From NCBI RefSeq assembly GCF_009914755.1, contig NC_060930.1: a stretch of 64,000 bases of DNA; one strand, 5' to 3'. Every line of letters begins with the position of its first letter. Within the stretch, counting starts at the first letter, position 1. This stretch comes from the human T2T-CHM13v2.0 reference genome, Homo sapiens. A model generated the notes under the pieces. It saw only the letters and a program-made list of their open reading frames with translations, did not search any database and was not told where the DNA came from. Of this stretch, positions 41,311-57,739 are shown piece after piece. A program made the translations under genes and the position numbers.

Positions 41311-42369
41311 AAAGTAAAATAAAACTGTCCTTTTAGTTCATCTCTGAATATTTTTAGATACTAAATTTCTGCCTTAGCACATTTACTACGTATTAGCACT
41401 TAGCTCAGTAGTTTTCACGGTCATGTATTATGTATTAAAAAAAAAGAATGTCATGACAGTTTGTATTGACAGCCTTTTTCTAGCAAGAAACATACCGTTA
41501 TTTTGAACTTGTGAATGATTTATGAATTGTGATTCTGTCTTCAGGATCCTGTTTTTTTCTGTTTTGTTTTTGTTTTTGTCATCAAATTGCCACAGGGGGG
41601 AGTATAAGTTCTTGAAAGCAGCAAGAAATACAGTTTAAGTAATTTGGTACCAATTATCATTATTATTAGAAACGTCCATATCTGAAGCATCTAAACAGAT
41701 TAGATTAATACCTATGTGAAAGTAGAAATATTTATAGTAAAAAATTGGGCACCGTTTAATATAGGATTTATTAATTTTGTGATAGTTGCAAAAGCTGTGT
41801 CTGGAAAATGTCCCCATGGGTGAATGTGTGGGCGTGCACATGCATGTGGGTAATATTAATGCTGTAGGAGAAGGGAGAAAATGTAAGTTTCTAGTTTTTG
41901 CCATTAAAGTCATGACGTGAAAGAGAGAGGGAGAGAGAGAAAGAAAGTGAGAAAGTGCTAGTCTGTGTAAAATGACCATGAAAGGGCTTGGATACAATGA
42001 TGTCATACAGCCTCACAATATGGATAATACTGAACCCTTTCTGTACATATGGGGGCATTTAAGCTTATTAAGTTCAATAACTAGAGGAGACAATTCCAAA
42101 ATAGAGAGAGCTGTGCAAGTGGAAAATGAAATGTCCCTTTGAATAATACAATTGCATTTAATAGCTACAAAAGCTGTGACCTAATATTATAACACTGACA
42201 GTCAAAAACATGGTTATTTTCTCTGCCTCTTTGAAGAAAAAGAAATACAACAAAAGTTCCTAGAGAAACCAAATGGACGTTCTTAAAAGTTGGGGGGTTT
42301 GATCATGGTACCAACCTGAACTTTCCCTTTGGGAGTGGATCATCTTTGCAGATAATTGGTCAGCTTTCC

Positions 42370-42423
42370 TATAATATATACTGTATATATGTATGTGTGT
42401 ATATATAATGTGTGTGTATAGTA

Positions 42424-42459
<36 letters not shown>
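42370..42459. repeat. (TA)n/(TG)n microsatellite
   Basis: Read directly from the sequence; ~15 pure TA units at 42428-42459. Confidence 0.92.
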
Positions 42460-42462
<3 letters not shown>

Positions 42463-42632
42463 TTCGGGTTTTCACGCTCAAAGTCCTGCCACCATCGTAA
42501 GTTACCCCAATATCCACCCAAATCACTATCCAAACTCACTTCTAAGCTCCTCTTGCCTGTCTCTTCTAAGCTAGTCAGGATTTGCCATACACCCTGCCAT
42601 TTCATAGAACTTCTGCAATCCCCTTGGGTCCT

Positions 42633-43356
<724 letters not shown>

Positions 43357-43844
43357 TCTCTTGCTCATTTATTCTTCACATCAATGTTTTGACCTGATCG
43401 TGACTTTGGTCTCTTGCCCCTTCCTTTTCTCCTGGACACACGGTTTTGCTTCCTCTCTCTCCATGGCATACTGTTTTATGCCAACAGCTCCTTGTTACAC
43501 TTCTGGCCTTTGGCCTCATGACCTTTCTTCAAGCCAGTGCCTGCCTTAGTTGTTCCTATAGTGTCTGCCATACATTTGTGGTCTCTAGTCTCAGATGTGT
43601 CCTCGGTTCTACTATGTTGTGCTTTTAGTTGCTCTGGTCAGTTCTTTGCCATCCTTTCCTTTGTGTCCCTTCCAAGCCTAACTGCTTCCCTCCAAGGTCC
43701 TACCCTGTCAACCCTTCCTCTGCCTCCCTGCTGATCAGCCTTCCTTTCTACATGAGACTACCAGGTGTGAAAACCTCCAGCCTTTGTCTCCAGGATTGAT
43801 GGGCTCTCAGCTTCCTATTCGCTTCTTTAGTTTGAGCTGCAGTG

Positions 43845-44030
43845 TTCAGTTCTACAGCCACTAGCCACATAGGGCTATTTCATTTAAATTAACCAATGTT
43901 AAAATTCAGTTTTTCAGTTGTACTGGTTGCATTTCAAATACTCAGTAGCCATGTACAGCTAACGGTTATTGTTTGGATGGCATGGAGAACATTTTTATCT
44001 TTGCAGAAAGTTTGACAGAATAGTGCTGGT
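43845..44030. mobile_element. MER3/MER33-like fragment
   Basis: agccactagccacat...aaaattcagtttttcagttgtactggttgcatttcaaatactcagtagcca. Confidence 0.7.
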
Positions 44031-44074
44031 TCAGACAGACCTCCACTTGGGCTTTAGATCCAAAAGCATAAGTC

Positions 44075-44370
44075 TCCTATGGAACCATGTCACATATGGA
44101 ACCATGTGCTCCTTGAAACCTATGGAACCATGTCTCCTATGAAACCATGTGCTCTTTGTAACCTGTGGAACCATGTCTCCTATGGAACCATGTGCTCCTT
44201 GGAACCTGTGGAACCATGTCTCCTATGGAACCATGTGTTCTTTGGAACCTATGGAACCAAGTCACCTATGGAACCATGTGCTCCTTGGAACCTATGGGAC
44301 CATGTCACCTATGGAACCATGTGCTCTTTGGAACCTGTGGCACTACATCTCTTATGGAACCATGTGCTCT
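44075..44370. repeat. Minisatellite, 43-bp unit x ~6.9
   Basis: Consensus cctatggaaccatgtc(a/t)cctatggaaccatgtgctc(c/t)ttggaa. Confidence 0.95.
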
Positions 44371-45600
44371 CTTTTCTTTTCATTTTCTCCTGTCTTTCAA
44401 TTTGTTTTTCTCTAGCAGCTTCTTCTTCCCAACCTATAAACATGGCTACATTTCTCTCACATAATAAAGAAAAACCCCAAAACAAATGAAATAAAACAAC
44501 CCTCCCATTGTCTTAACAGCCTCTTTTCATTGCTTGTTTTTGCACTGAAGCTCCTAAAACACACACATACTCACACAGTGACACACAAATCCCCTGTGTT
44601 TACTGTCTCCAAATACACACCTTCATATTACCATTCAACCCATTGTAATAAAGCTCCTGACCATGGCACTGCAAATTATCACCAAATAACCTCTTTGTTG
44701 CCAAATCCAGTGGATTCTTTCCAGCTCTCATACAATTTGATCTCTCTGTAGGTATTTAGTTGAATCCCATTCTGTCCATCTCTTTGACCATTTCCTTTGT
44801 TCTCCTTTGCAGACTCATTTCCCTCTGCCTACCCCTATGATGTGAGTGACCTGTAGTCTTTTGTCCCTAGTCCTCTTCTTACATATTCTTCTCCTGTCAC
44901 ATTGTTGATGGTTGCCTGCTGTCTGGATCCCAACCGGAAACTCGGTTCTGAGTTCATTTGTGCTATTAACAACACATTAATCTGAATGTCCTATTCAGAT
45001 GTTAAGTAAGCATAGTAAAAACTAAATTTGTTACTCATCTCTACTTCAAAATCTTTTGCCTTTAGATGTGAACCCATCTTAGTGATTAGAACACTGTCTT
45101 CCCAGTCACTCCATACTGAGGCTTGTATGTTGTCTTGTATTCTTTTTTCTCTTTCAGTCCTTATATTTGATGATTCATAAAGCTCTGTGGACTCTACCTC
45201 TCATGATAACTTCCTAACACATCATACCCTCAACATCTTTTGCTTGGACCACTGAATTAGTCTTTCTGCTATTAACTGGTCTTTTAACTCACACTATTGC
45301 CCTCCAATTCATTCTCTCCACTGCTGCCTGAGAAATCTATCAATCTACAGTGCTTATTCACCTGCTTAAAACCAAACCTTTGTGTGGCTCCCATTACCTC
45401 TAAGATAAGAGCCTTTGTCTGGCTTCTATGTTCTCCATTCTTATCTATCAGTTCCAGGGCTCCTGCCCTATTCTTTGGTTTTACCAGTGCATTTGAATAA
45501 CTTACACATTTTATCATGCTGTTTCATGGCTTTATAAGTTGCTCACGATTGCTCTCCAGCACTTGGAGCAGTGGCTAAGTATGTTCAATCACATAAACTA

Positions 45601-45895
45601 TTTTTTTTTTTTTTTGAAACAGGGTCTCACTCTGTTGCCTAGGCTGGAGTGCAGTGGTTATGGTTCATGCAGCCTCGACCTCCTGGGCTCAAACAATTCT
45701 TCCATCTCAGCCTCCAAAGTAGCTAGGACTACAGGAATGCACCATCACACCTGGTTAATTTTTAATTTCTTTTTGTAGAGACGGTGTCTCGCTATGTTGC
45801 CCAGGCTAGTCTCAAATTCCTGGCCTCAAGTGATCATCTTGCCTCAGACTCACAAAGAGTTGGGGTTACAGGCGTGAGCTGTCATGCCCAACCCT
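45601..45895 (-). mobile_element. AluJ-like
   Basis: Antisense diverged dimer. Confidence 0.88.
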
Positions 45896-48609
45896 AATAA
45901 ACTTTTGACTCTAGTAGGAAGCTTTTTTTCTGTTTGATCCAGTAAATATATACTCACACATACACATTCACAGTGAAACAAAAATTTTGTAATTTTATCG
46001 TTACTGGATGTGATGCCCTTGGTATTTTAAAATACGTTCCATTTCATTTTAAAGAAAATTCTAGTCTTCATCTCCAAGTTTATTCTACTGTCTAATTGAC
46101 ATCTTGGAAATAAGAGATATATATATATCTTTATATATATAAATTATATATGTAAATTTATATATATTTATTATATATACGTGTACACGTGTGTGTGTGC
46201 ATGTGTGTGTATCCTTGGAATACCAAACGATCAGCATAAACTATCTGAATAAGCAGCTGAGGGAGGTAGTGTGAAGATGTGAGGTCTGGGGATGCTCTGG
46301 ACATTCTGGGAGCACCTGTGGTTGCTGGGAGACGAATGTGTGGAGTTTAAGAATGAAAGTACTGCAGTGAAATACAGAGCATAAGCACAGAAGAAAACCT
46401 TATTTTTGGTACTAAATCAAGCCTTGCCTAAAGTTACTCCATCTCTCAATTTATCAATTTCATGAGCCAATATGTTCCCCTAACCCTATTTTAAAAAGTT
46501 CTCGATATTGTACCATAAAATGTCCTAGCTGATACAGACTTCACCAGTGTGAGAGAGGCATAATTTTATTTTCATATTGATATTTTCTGATGTAACTATT
46601 TATATAATTTTCTAATTCTATTATAGTATTAGGGTAGAGCAATGCTTTTCAACCTTTTTTAACATAATGGAATATGTAGAAAATGATAACATTTTAATGA
46701 CATTTTGGGGCAAAGACTTTCTAAAATCTCTAAAATTCTGAAAGGGAAAGGGTATAGAAACTCTTCTGATTTAAAGATATCAAAGATCATCGGAGGGCTT
46801 ACTGGCAAATTGCTACCATTTTTTTTCTTAAGTTTTTAGGTAATTTAAGGTTTTTCTTGGAAGTTGACTTCTGAGTATTTGTGAATAACTCTCACATAGC
46901 ATCTGGTACAAACAGATCTACCACTGAATGAATTTTTTATGTAAAGTTTGGGGACTAGCTTGAACTTTAAAATATTATAAAATTTGGCTAAAACTGCATA
47001 ATTACTAAGGTCTTAGAAACTATGATAATTTATAAAATAGCTATTTATATCAATTCATAGGTAAATATTTTGTATTTATTGATTATATAAATAAAATTTC
47101 TGAGGCTTATGTATTCATACCTGGTAAGTTTGTGTTCTTCAGAATATCAGGAAATACCATGTTTATTTTATTCTAACCGTAATTTACTAAAGTAAATAAT
47201 TCTCTAGAAAATTGGCTAGTAACACTAGTAGGTGTTTAGGAAAAGTTGCTGATTGACTGGCTGATAGAATATTAAAAATCAATGCGGCTGTCAAAGTTGC
47301 CTAACCTTAGGCATAAGAGGATCTTAGTGTGAAATGCTTCCAGACTAATAAATGTATTCAACTGTCCCAAATTAAAAATCAGTGAGTCATTTATTATTGT
47401 TTACCTCTCAATGAAATAAATAAGTCACAAATATTTTGAGCATTTGGTCTGTTTCTAACATTGTGTTAAACACAGCGAGATGTAAAAAGATACCTGGTTC
47501 TTGCTTACAAGGAGGTTATGATCTATTTGCAGAAGCAAGACGTATATAGACTAAAAGTTCAACCAGTGGTCCTCGCAATTGTGTAACTTGAGAACCACAG
47601 GACACAGAAAACTCTGAAGGATTGGTGTAACGCAATATGTCATGACCCTGAAATTAGAATTTCTGAGGCACTTTGAGGCACAGATGATGATAGAACCACA
47701 CACCATGAGGCTTGAGAGCTCTTTCTCAAGTGTCGGTGAGTCAGCAGAGGTCGGTCATTAAGTGGAAATAGAAGGATTTAGCACTAAGTGTTCCACAAAG
47801 GAAGAAATAACCAACCTGAAAAAACCCAGCCTGACGTGTTTTGTGGACATAGCTGGGCCAAAGGATGAAGAAGAGAGGAGCAGCATGGGCATTTCAGACC
47901 TTAGTAGTGGGGACAACAGTCCTGACTTTGGGGATGCCGTGGCACATGGAAGAGAGTAAATGGGCCATTTTGACCTGGGTCAACATGGGGATTGAAAGAT
48001 TAAGGAAGGGACTGCGTTGTAAGAGCCAGAATCCTAATTTTTTCTTCTTTCTTTTATTCTAATGTTGAATACGTTGCTTTCATTTCCAGTCCTTTAGTTT
48101 TTTGAAATACACACACACACACACACACACACATCTCTAACATACATATTGCTCTATACTAATTCAGGGATTAGCAAATGTTAAGAAGACATTTACTGAC
48201 TTACAGGGTAAAATGAAGAGAGCCTCAAAACTAAGAATTAGTAATACTGTAATTTTTGTTAGGCTTCTGTTTCTCCTCTTGCTTTAATAAACAGTATGTA
48301 TGTATTTTTTTCTTCCACAACCTGCAAAATGCCAGGCATATGGAAAAAATACAAGGCACAGTAAATGTGTATTGAATTCAGGGACCCTCTTTTATGATTC
48401 TCCATGATTCCTACAATGATGCTTGGTATGCAGTGGACATCCAGTCACTATGAAGTAGTGGAAATATTTATATTGATGAGAAAAAAACATAGCTAAAGCT
48501 GTTACTTGAGAGGCTAGCTCACAAATTTATCATTAGTTCATTCATTCATTCATTCATTCACTTAGTAATGGGTGCATTCACTGGACACTGCTAATGTGAA
48601 GACTAATGG

Positions 48610-48995
48610 TGATTTTTTTAATTGATACAAATATTTGTGGTGTACATGTGATATTTTGTTACATGCGTAGATAGTGTAATGATCAAGTCAGGATCATTAC
48701 ACAGTCTACGCATGTAACAAAATATGACATATATTTAACAAAATATTTAACATATAAAATGATCAATACTTGAGGTGATGTCCAACACTTGGGGTGTCTG
48801 TCACCTCGAGTATTTATCATTTTATATGTTGGAAACATTTCAAGTCCTCTCTTGTATCTATTTTGAAATGTATATTACATTGTTGTTAACTATAATCACC
48901 CTGCTCTGCTATCATACACTAGAATGTGTTTCTTCTACCTAACTGTATGATTGTGCTCATTAACCAATGCCTTTATCTACCCCCAGCCACCCACT
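48610..48995 (-). mobile_element. L1MA-type 3' end (antisense) containing a ~97-bp templated insertion
   Basis: gtacatgtgatattttgttacatg...tttcaagtcctctcttg...gttaactataatcaccctgctctgctatc. Confidence 0.85.
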
Positions 48996-50667
48996 AATGT
49001 GATTTTTACCAAGAGTTTCATGTCTTTATATCTTTGTAGAGTCTGGCCAACTTTTACCCGTTCATCAACTCTCAGTGCCCATGTCACTTTCTTTTTGTGG
49101 CTCTCCAGACTCAGCTAGGTGCTTATGTTTCCACAGCCTTTCTCTGACTGTGTGGGGATTTGTCTGTATACCTCACCAGATGAGAGCTTCAGAAGAGCAG
49201 AATTGAATCATTCATCTCCATGTCTTCAGTGCCAACCTCAATGCCTCATCCCTTGAGAGTTTGTTGAGTGTTTGTAGAACAAATGTAATCTCTAATGATG
49301 GTGTTGTCAGATATCTGGCTTTAAATTGGCAATTTGGCTTTTAAGTACTGTGTTCAGAAAATTAACTGAAAAAATAAATACTAGAATTATGTCAGTTTAG
49401 AGACAAAAGATGCATTAAAAAGAAATAAAAACGGAAAGTCACAAAAATGCAATGTAAATTATAATATAAGATAGCATGTACATTATCATTAATGAACTAT
49501 TCCTATTGTATAGGTTTTTTTTTTATTGTGGCAGACTTTTACTGTGTGTCTCATATTTTCATTGAAACTTTATAGGCAGCCTTGTCAGTGTGCACTGACT
49601 GTGAGAGCGGCAGGACAGCAGGGACTCTAGAGATCGTTCGGTCCAAATACTGGTCAATTGAAGAAATACAACCACTCATTTTTAGAGTGCACAAAGGCAG
49701 GCAGATTTCAGTGACACAGTCTTTTGTGTGCCATAGTGGGCAGAGGAGCCCCACTGACTGCAGACTTTCCACCATACCATGCTACTTTCCCAGCGACCCC
49801 TCATGTACAGTCTAGGAAGCAGCTGTTGGGGGTTGGTGGATGTCTTCTGTTTTTATACACACTTTCCCTTTGGCCGTCCATGTGCTCTGGAGGAAGAAGG
49901 GAGTTGCTGCAATACAGGTCCACACCCTTACGTCAGTTTATAGGAGCGGCCCTCACATATGTGAATAATAACAATAGTGGCACCATTGATTGATGACCTG
50001 TGCTGGACTGATTACATAGGTTAAGTCACATCTTCACACAACCCTTCAGGGTCGCTTCCTTTTTATAGATGGGGATGAGGGTTGCAAAGATTATTTAGGT
50101 ATCACATCCACATCACAGAGCCAATAAGTGGTGAAGCCAGGTAGCTCTAACTCCCCAAATTCCATAGGTTTTCCAGATACCACACAGCCTTTTGTAAAGA
50201 TAAGAGGATATGGTGAACTATCCATATTTGTCAGGTAATATGATATATCAAAAGGAACAAAGCACCATGCTTTCTAAAGTGCTTAAAGACCTACCTATCG
50301 TTAGATAAATGAATACATGAATGAGTATGTGATTCTTAAAAAGAAAAAAAAATACTTCATTACAACATAGATTTAAGATCATTACAGTAAGTTAGAATTT
50401 CATGAAAATATGAAGTGGAAAGGCTAAATTCAGGATTTTTTTTGTTAATTTTTTAAATAACCATTGTATCAATAGAGTGTACTTTTTTTGTTGGTTGCAT
50501 AATAAGAAAGACTTACAATTTTTCTTGTCTACTTGGAAGGAATTATGAAAGTCGTGAAATGTTCATGACACTTTCCTTTAAACCAGCATAAAGGCTTACT
50601 ATCACATTACTTTCATATTACACCCTCGGCTCTAAATTTACAAAGCCAAATTAAAAATAATTATGTT

Positions 50668-50745
50668 CCATGGCACATGTATACCTATGTGACAAACCTG
50701 CATGTTCTGCACATGTATCCCAGAACTTAAAGTAGAATTTAAAAA
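50668..50745 (+). mobile_element. Extremely 5'-truncated L1PA (~75 bp)
   Basis: ccatggcacatgtatacctatgtgacaaacctgcatgttctgcacatgtatcccagaacttaaag; TSD aattatgtt at 50659-50667 and 50745-50753. Confidence 0.85.
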
Positions 50746-53700
50746 ATTATGTTAATGAAGGCATGATGTTCATTCAAAATTTAAGTTAATAACTATCCAT
50801 TTAAATGCCCATCTTAACACTCAAAAAACTTCTTTTTAGAATTCCTAGAACTAAGTAATTGATTATTGTGACCTTGAGATTAGAAATAGGGACTGATTAG
50901 TTTTGAAGTATTTTTCAAAAACTTACCAATGTTGTTTGTAACAAATACAATGGGATCTATTACCAAATCCTTATTTATCTGATTGTGGGTTTTCAATTCC
51001 CACCAGAATGTTCTAATAATATGTAGAATTTACATATAAGGCAAAAGTAGCTACTGTGGGAGAATCCTTTATACAGTCAGAGGCTAGAGATAATTCATTT
51101 GTCTTGGATTGATTAATAGCAATAATATTCCATTCTCAGAACCCTATTTGGAAGAGAAGTTATAAAACACAAAATGAGAGGGGAGACTAATTACTTTTAG
51201 CACAAATGGATTTTTGTGTCACAAGAAGATTTTATGAAGTGTATTATTTTCCCTAGAAACTCCTCAGGCCCAGCTTGTGCTTATTTTCTCCATATGCCTA
51301 GTAGAGTGTTTTGCATATTTATAACTATGAACTGACTTGAATTTAACTTGGTTGGGTCAAGCTGCTCTTGAGTCAACTGGTACCTCAAAAGCATGGAGAT
51401 ATAGCATTCTTTTTTCTAACATGTAGAATTATGTCCTACTCCATGTAACTCTTGGAAATTCAGTCACAAGGGGTGGCAAATGGTGGGGAATTAAAGCAGA
51501 ACTTTGCAGACTCAATAAGGCATCCTTTTCAGATTTATCTTCCCTTTATTCCTAATTAGAATATTAGAAGTTATGCATAAATACAAACTTTGAGCTTCAC
51601 TGCTCTTAAATTCTGCAGAATCATTTAGGTAAATGTCTTTTATGTGGTGTGTTTACATATGGAAAGAGGTAGTGGAGTCACTTTCATTGAGAGCGTTTCA
51701 AAGTAGAGAATTCTGCAACTCTCCAAATGTTATGAAGGTGAAGGATTGCTATATCAGATAAGCAGCAGAACTAACAATTGAATTGGAAGATGAGTGCGGA
51801 AAACTAAATACAGAGTCAATGTTTTGTGAGTGTATTAAAAAAAAAAAAAACTAGGACATTAAACTGAAAGTAAACCAAAGTGAAAATTCACTAAAATTAG
51901 TGGCTTTTCCTTTTTAATTTTATACTCATTTGACTTATGGACTAATTCTTAATGCTCATACCTTATCAAAAACTGAAAAAAAAAATGAAAAATAAGGTCA
52001 AATGTCTGTTTTTTCCCCAACCCAAAAGGAAGGTAGTTTGAAGTATTTAACACACATATTTTATTGGGATGACTTATTAAAACGAAGTTGACCTAAATGA
52101 TTATAAAATTTCTACATTTATAGATGCTAGTGGATAATGTTATCTGGCAAGTCCTGAATAAAAGGTTAAGATCATTTCCACTTTGAACCTAAAACTAACC
52201 AATTTAGTAGTAAGAGTTTTCTTTGTAGCTTGTGAAAGTAACACCATGTACTTTGGTTTCAGGTAATAGGATAAAGAAGTGACAGACAGAAACTGTCTTC
52301 CTGATCTGAAAAAAGTAAGGTGTGAAAGACATAAGCAATACTTGTGGAAATTCAAGCATGTGATCACATACTAACCAAGTCTGACCGTTTTAGTATTTCC
52401 CTTGTGAACTAGATTTTTATTGGACATAAATATAGCAAATATAAGTACATTTAATTTCAGTTTCCTTTTTCCTGAAAACAAGAGATAAGGCACATGTTGT
52501 CCTATAAGATGAATAAATTTAAAATGGTGTTTGCAAATTACCCTGTCTTCTAAATATGGTCTCTAGAGTTTATTTGGTGTGGTTCATCTTTAGGAAGCTG
52601 CAGTGTAATTAAGAAGAATGATTATATGGGAAACATAATTTTACTCTTATCTATAGGAAAAGTCCCTTGAAACAACAGAAACCATTTCTAAACTGTCTTA
52701 GAATAGTTTTTTCTTTCTTTTTTAAAAAGCTCAGTTTAGGACAGTATAATAGAAATTAAAGCATTAATGTTATTTACAGTTATTTCTCCAGCGATAATAA
52801 ATCACACCAGTATTTGATGATTAATAATGCAATTGACATAATTCCCTAAAGCCCTTATAAATTTTATATGATAAAAGTAGAGAGGGTTTTTTTTTCCCTC
52901 CTTAAGGCTTGGAATATATATGTAAAGACTTGTCCCAAGCCCCATAGCTAGTTAGTGGCAGAACTGGTGCTAAGTACCATGACCCTTGACTTAGCTCTGT
53001 CTCTGTTGCATTTCTTTTTCTTTTCTTTTCTCATTACATCATCCTGTCTTTTTTATAGTGGAGAAATATACTCTGAATACAATAAAAATAAATGGAAAAT
53101 AATAAATTGAATTCCAACTTACAGCTGTGGTTTTTGCCTATAGTAGTTGTAGATATGCAACTGTGAGCACAGTAGTTCCAAGTCTGGGCTCTGGAGTCAG
53201 CGGTCTTGGTAAGGGTGGTTCTGCCCCTCACTGTAGTAATAGCTTGTGTCTCAGTTGTCTCTCTGGAATATGGGGAACGTAGGAGAACCTTCTTTTGGGG
53301 GTTGTCTTGAGAATTCAGTGAAATGTAGTTTTAAGTGTTAGAATATTGTTGATGAATATAGTAGTGCCCCCCAGATGTTAGGTATTATTATATTTAATAG
53401 TTAATATTATCAAGGGAGATTCAATATTTACTATACCAAATTAAAATACTAAAAAATTTGGGAATCGATGGAGAAGAACATCTCAGTGCTCTAATGATCT
53501 ATCTTGTAAATGTTATTAACTCATGATAAGGGCCATTTAATGAGAAACAGAAGAATAATGTTTTCACTTAGTAGAAACCTCATAAGCCAGGTTAATTAGC
53601 AGCTTAGTTACTAAGTTAAATGACCTTGCTTTGAAACATAGACTTTATGGTAAAACTTATTTATTAAATAGACTAAGAAGTCTTTTTAAATGTGTCATTA

Positions 53701-54449
53701 GTTCTTAGAAAATAATCATTGTGATAAATTCTTGGTAAATGAATTTAAAACATGGATTAAATATTCACCAAGTATATGAGTTAAAAGTTATGAGGGTCTT
53801 GGGAATTTGTGTAGGAAATCTGCAAAAACTAAGCACCATTAAAATGGTTTCATTTTTGGTTCTGGTTATAAAAGTTGACAGTTTCTTTTTTTCTTATCTA
53901 GTTAAACATATACATAGAAGTAGAGACTTGTAGAGTTGTAAAAAAATCTTTGGAATCATGTAGTCTTATGCTTTCCAAGTTTCTACGCTTGCACAGAGAG
54001 CTCTAGTTGTTGCATGAGCTCTCGTTGTTGCAAGGGAGGGGACTAGAGCTGGGCTCACCACTTCTGCAGGACTCAAGTCTCTACAGAGTGAAAGGAACCC
54101 ATCTTTCCTTTTATAGGTGAGGAAGCTGACTCCATAGGCAATGGGTACCTTGCTCAAAGACCCACAGACAGTGGAAGGGCAAGTTATTGAATAAATATAC
54201 TCTGCTACATCTGCCCTATTGATTGCATCCTATACCCTTCCTAGTAAAGAATCTATCTTTAGAGCCCTTAACAATCCAGATTTTTTTGTTCTTCCCCACT
54301 TCTACTAGGAAGAGGTATTTAACTTGATAATTTGTATCAAGGGTACCTGATTCTCTTTTGATGCCTGTATCATGATACATATATTTATGCTTGCTTCTGC
54401 GTGAAAGCTCAACTCAGCCTCTAAGCATTCTATGTAATGAAGTTTATAT

Positions 54450-55940
<1,491 letters not shown>

Positions 55941-57739
55941 TGTGGTATACAAACTGACTTCTGGACTCACTCTTCTTTGGAAAGAGACTTCATATTTAGC
56001 TCTAAGAATCACTTTCTTTCTAGACCATTTGGTGCTATTAGAAACATACTTAGATAAATCTAATCCCTGTGCTGATTCAAAGCCTTTTGAGTGTTCAAGG
56101 GAACTTAGAGAATTGAGAGATATTATTTTTAAACTTTAATTTTAATGGAAAAATATGTTTCCTCTAAATACTATCTTTGCCAAAATTGGACAACTTCTGA
56201 AAAGAGAATTGAGTACAAGATTCTGAGGAGTAAACATAATCTGGATCAAGCTTTCTTCCTAAAGGAAACAGTACAGTGTCAAAATAATATATTAGTATTC
56301 CCACGTTTTAGTTCATTTTAAATTCTTATTCTGGTTTTCATTTTCATTTTAAAACTATTTGGATCAGTGACAGATCCTGACCCCCTTCCCCTTCTCCTGT
56401 CTTTTTTGCTTTCCATCTGTTGATGTTTGTGTTTCTTGCCATTTTACTATATTAAAAGTCTGTAGGGTTTTTCATGATGGGAAGTTAGGCAGAAACGAGA
56501 ATTTTTGATCCCAGTCTTTGTAATTTCCAGCATGAGAACCATTTCACCAGCCGCAGTGCATCTTTTATAGGCCTTAAACTATTTTTCTTGAGACTTTTGT
56601 GTGTTGTAGACCCATCTTGACACTGCTGGGGAAAAATAATATATTCTGATAATAGCCTTATTGGTTCCTTAAGAAATCGATGAAAATATGGCATAATGCA
56701 TACTTACGATGACTGTAACAAAAGGATGCTTTATCTCTTTCCTATTCACTGAATCTCAGCTAAAACTTCACCAAAAGCCAATATGTGGTATCATAAAACA
56801 TTGGCTATTTTACATATCCAGAAATGGCCTCTGACCTAGAAATAACATTATATTCCCTCCAACTCTCTACTCATTTTACCTTACAACCTCCCCCTAAATC
56901 CTTGATGGTAAATATATGTCCCCTGGACATCAATAACACATGAATCTAATTGCAAACAACTGATTACCCTACAACTATGCCTGATACACTATAATAACCC
57001 AGCTTCTCAGGGCATGAAAAGATTAGGTTTGGCATCCCTGAGGCACAAGCAAGCTGCAGGAGATACTTATTAGAGTATTAAAGCACCTTTAAGATCTTTT
57101 CTTGATTATAAAATGCTTTCATAAATGTTATGTCATTTGACTTTCTCAAAAATTGTGTAAGGTAGGAAGAGTGAATATTGTTATCCCATTTCACAATGAG
57201 GAGACTAAGGTAGAGGAAGAAGTTAATCATCCAAGTAAAAACTAGTAAGCATTAAAGCTAGGATTCATACCATGTTAACATGTCAGTGTTAACAGGTTTA
57301 CTTGAGTAAATAGTAACTTGAGTTAACAGGTTTACTTGAGGGAGATGCAGGAAGCATCATTATTGAAATGCTTTCATGGTCTACACTAAGCCTATGTCTA
57401 CCTCAAACCCGTGATAGTTATGGACCATATTTTGGAATACTATCTTAATGCTAGTGAAATAGAGATGTTCTACATTGCAGAAGTATTTTGTAATGGGAAT
57501 CCCCAAATTATTCTGGAAAATGGTAAAAGACAAAAGTTTCAGAAATTTTACTGACCTTAAAAAAGAGGAAATGAATACCTATAGATGGCTTGAGAAACTC
57601 GGAAAAATATTTTTGGACTGTGCAATAGTGGTTTGTCCAGATAAGGACCTTGGCGATCCGGAGTCATTTAAACCATCTAGCAGCATGATGCCAAGCACAA
57701 TAGAAACATGTTTGCTGTGAGTGCTCAGTGTCAAGGTCA

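Noticed and set aside
44075-44489. Repeat array resembling a CRISPR array or a repetitive protein gene (ORFs of 136, 99 and 88 aa)
   Set aside because: There are no unique spacers or cas genes and the context is mammalian; the ORFs follow from a stop-free 43-bp unit cycling through frames.
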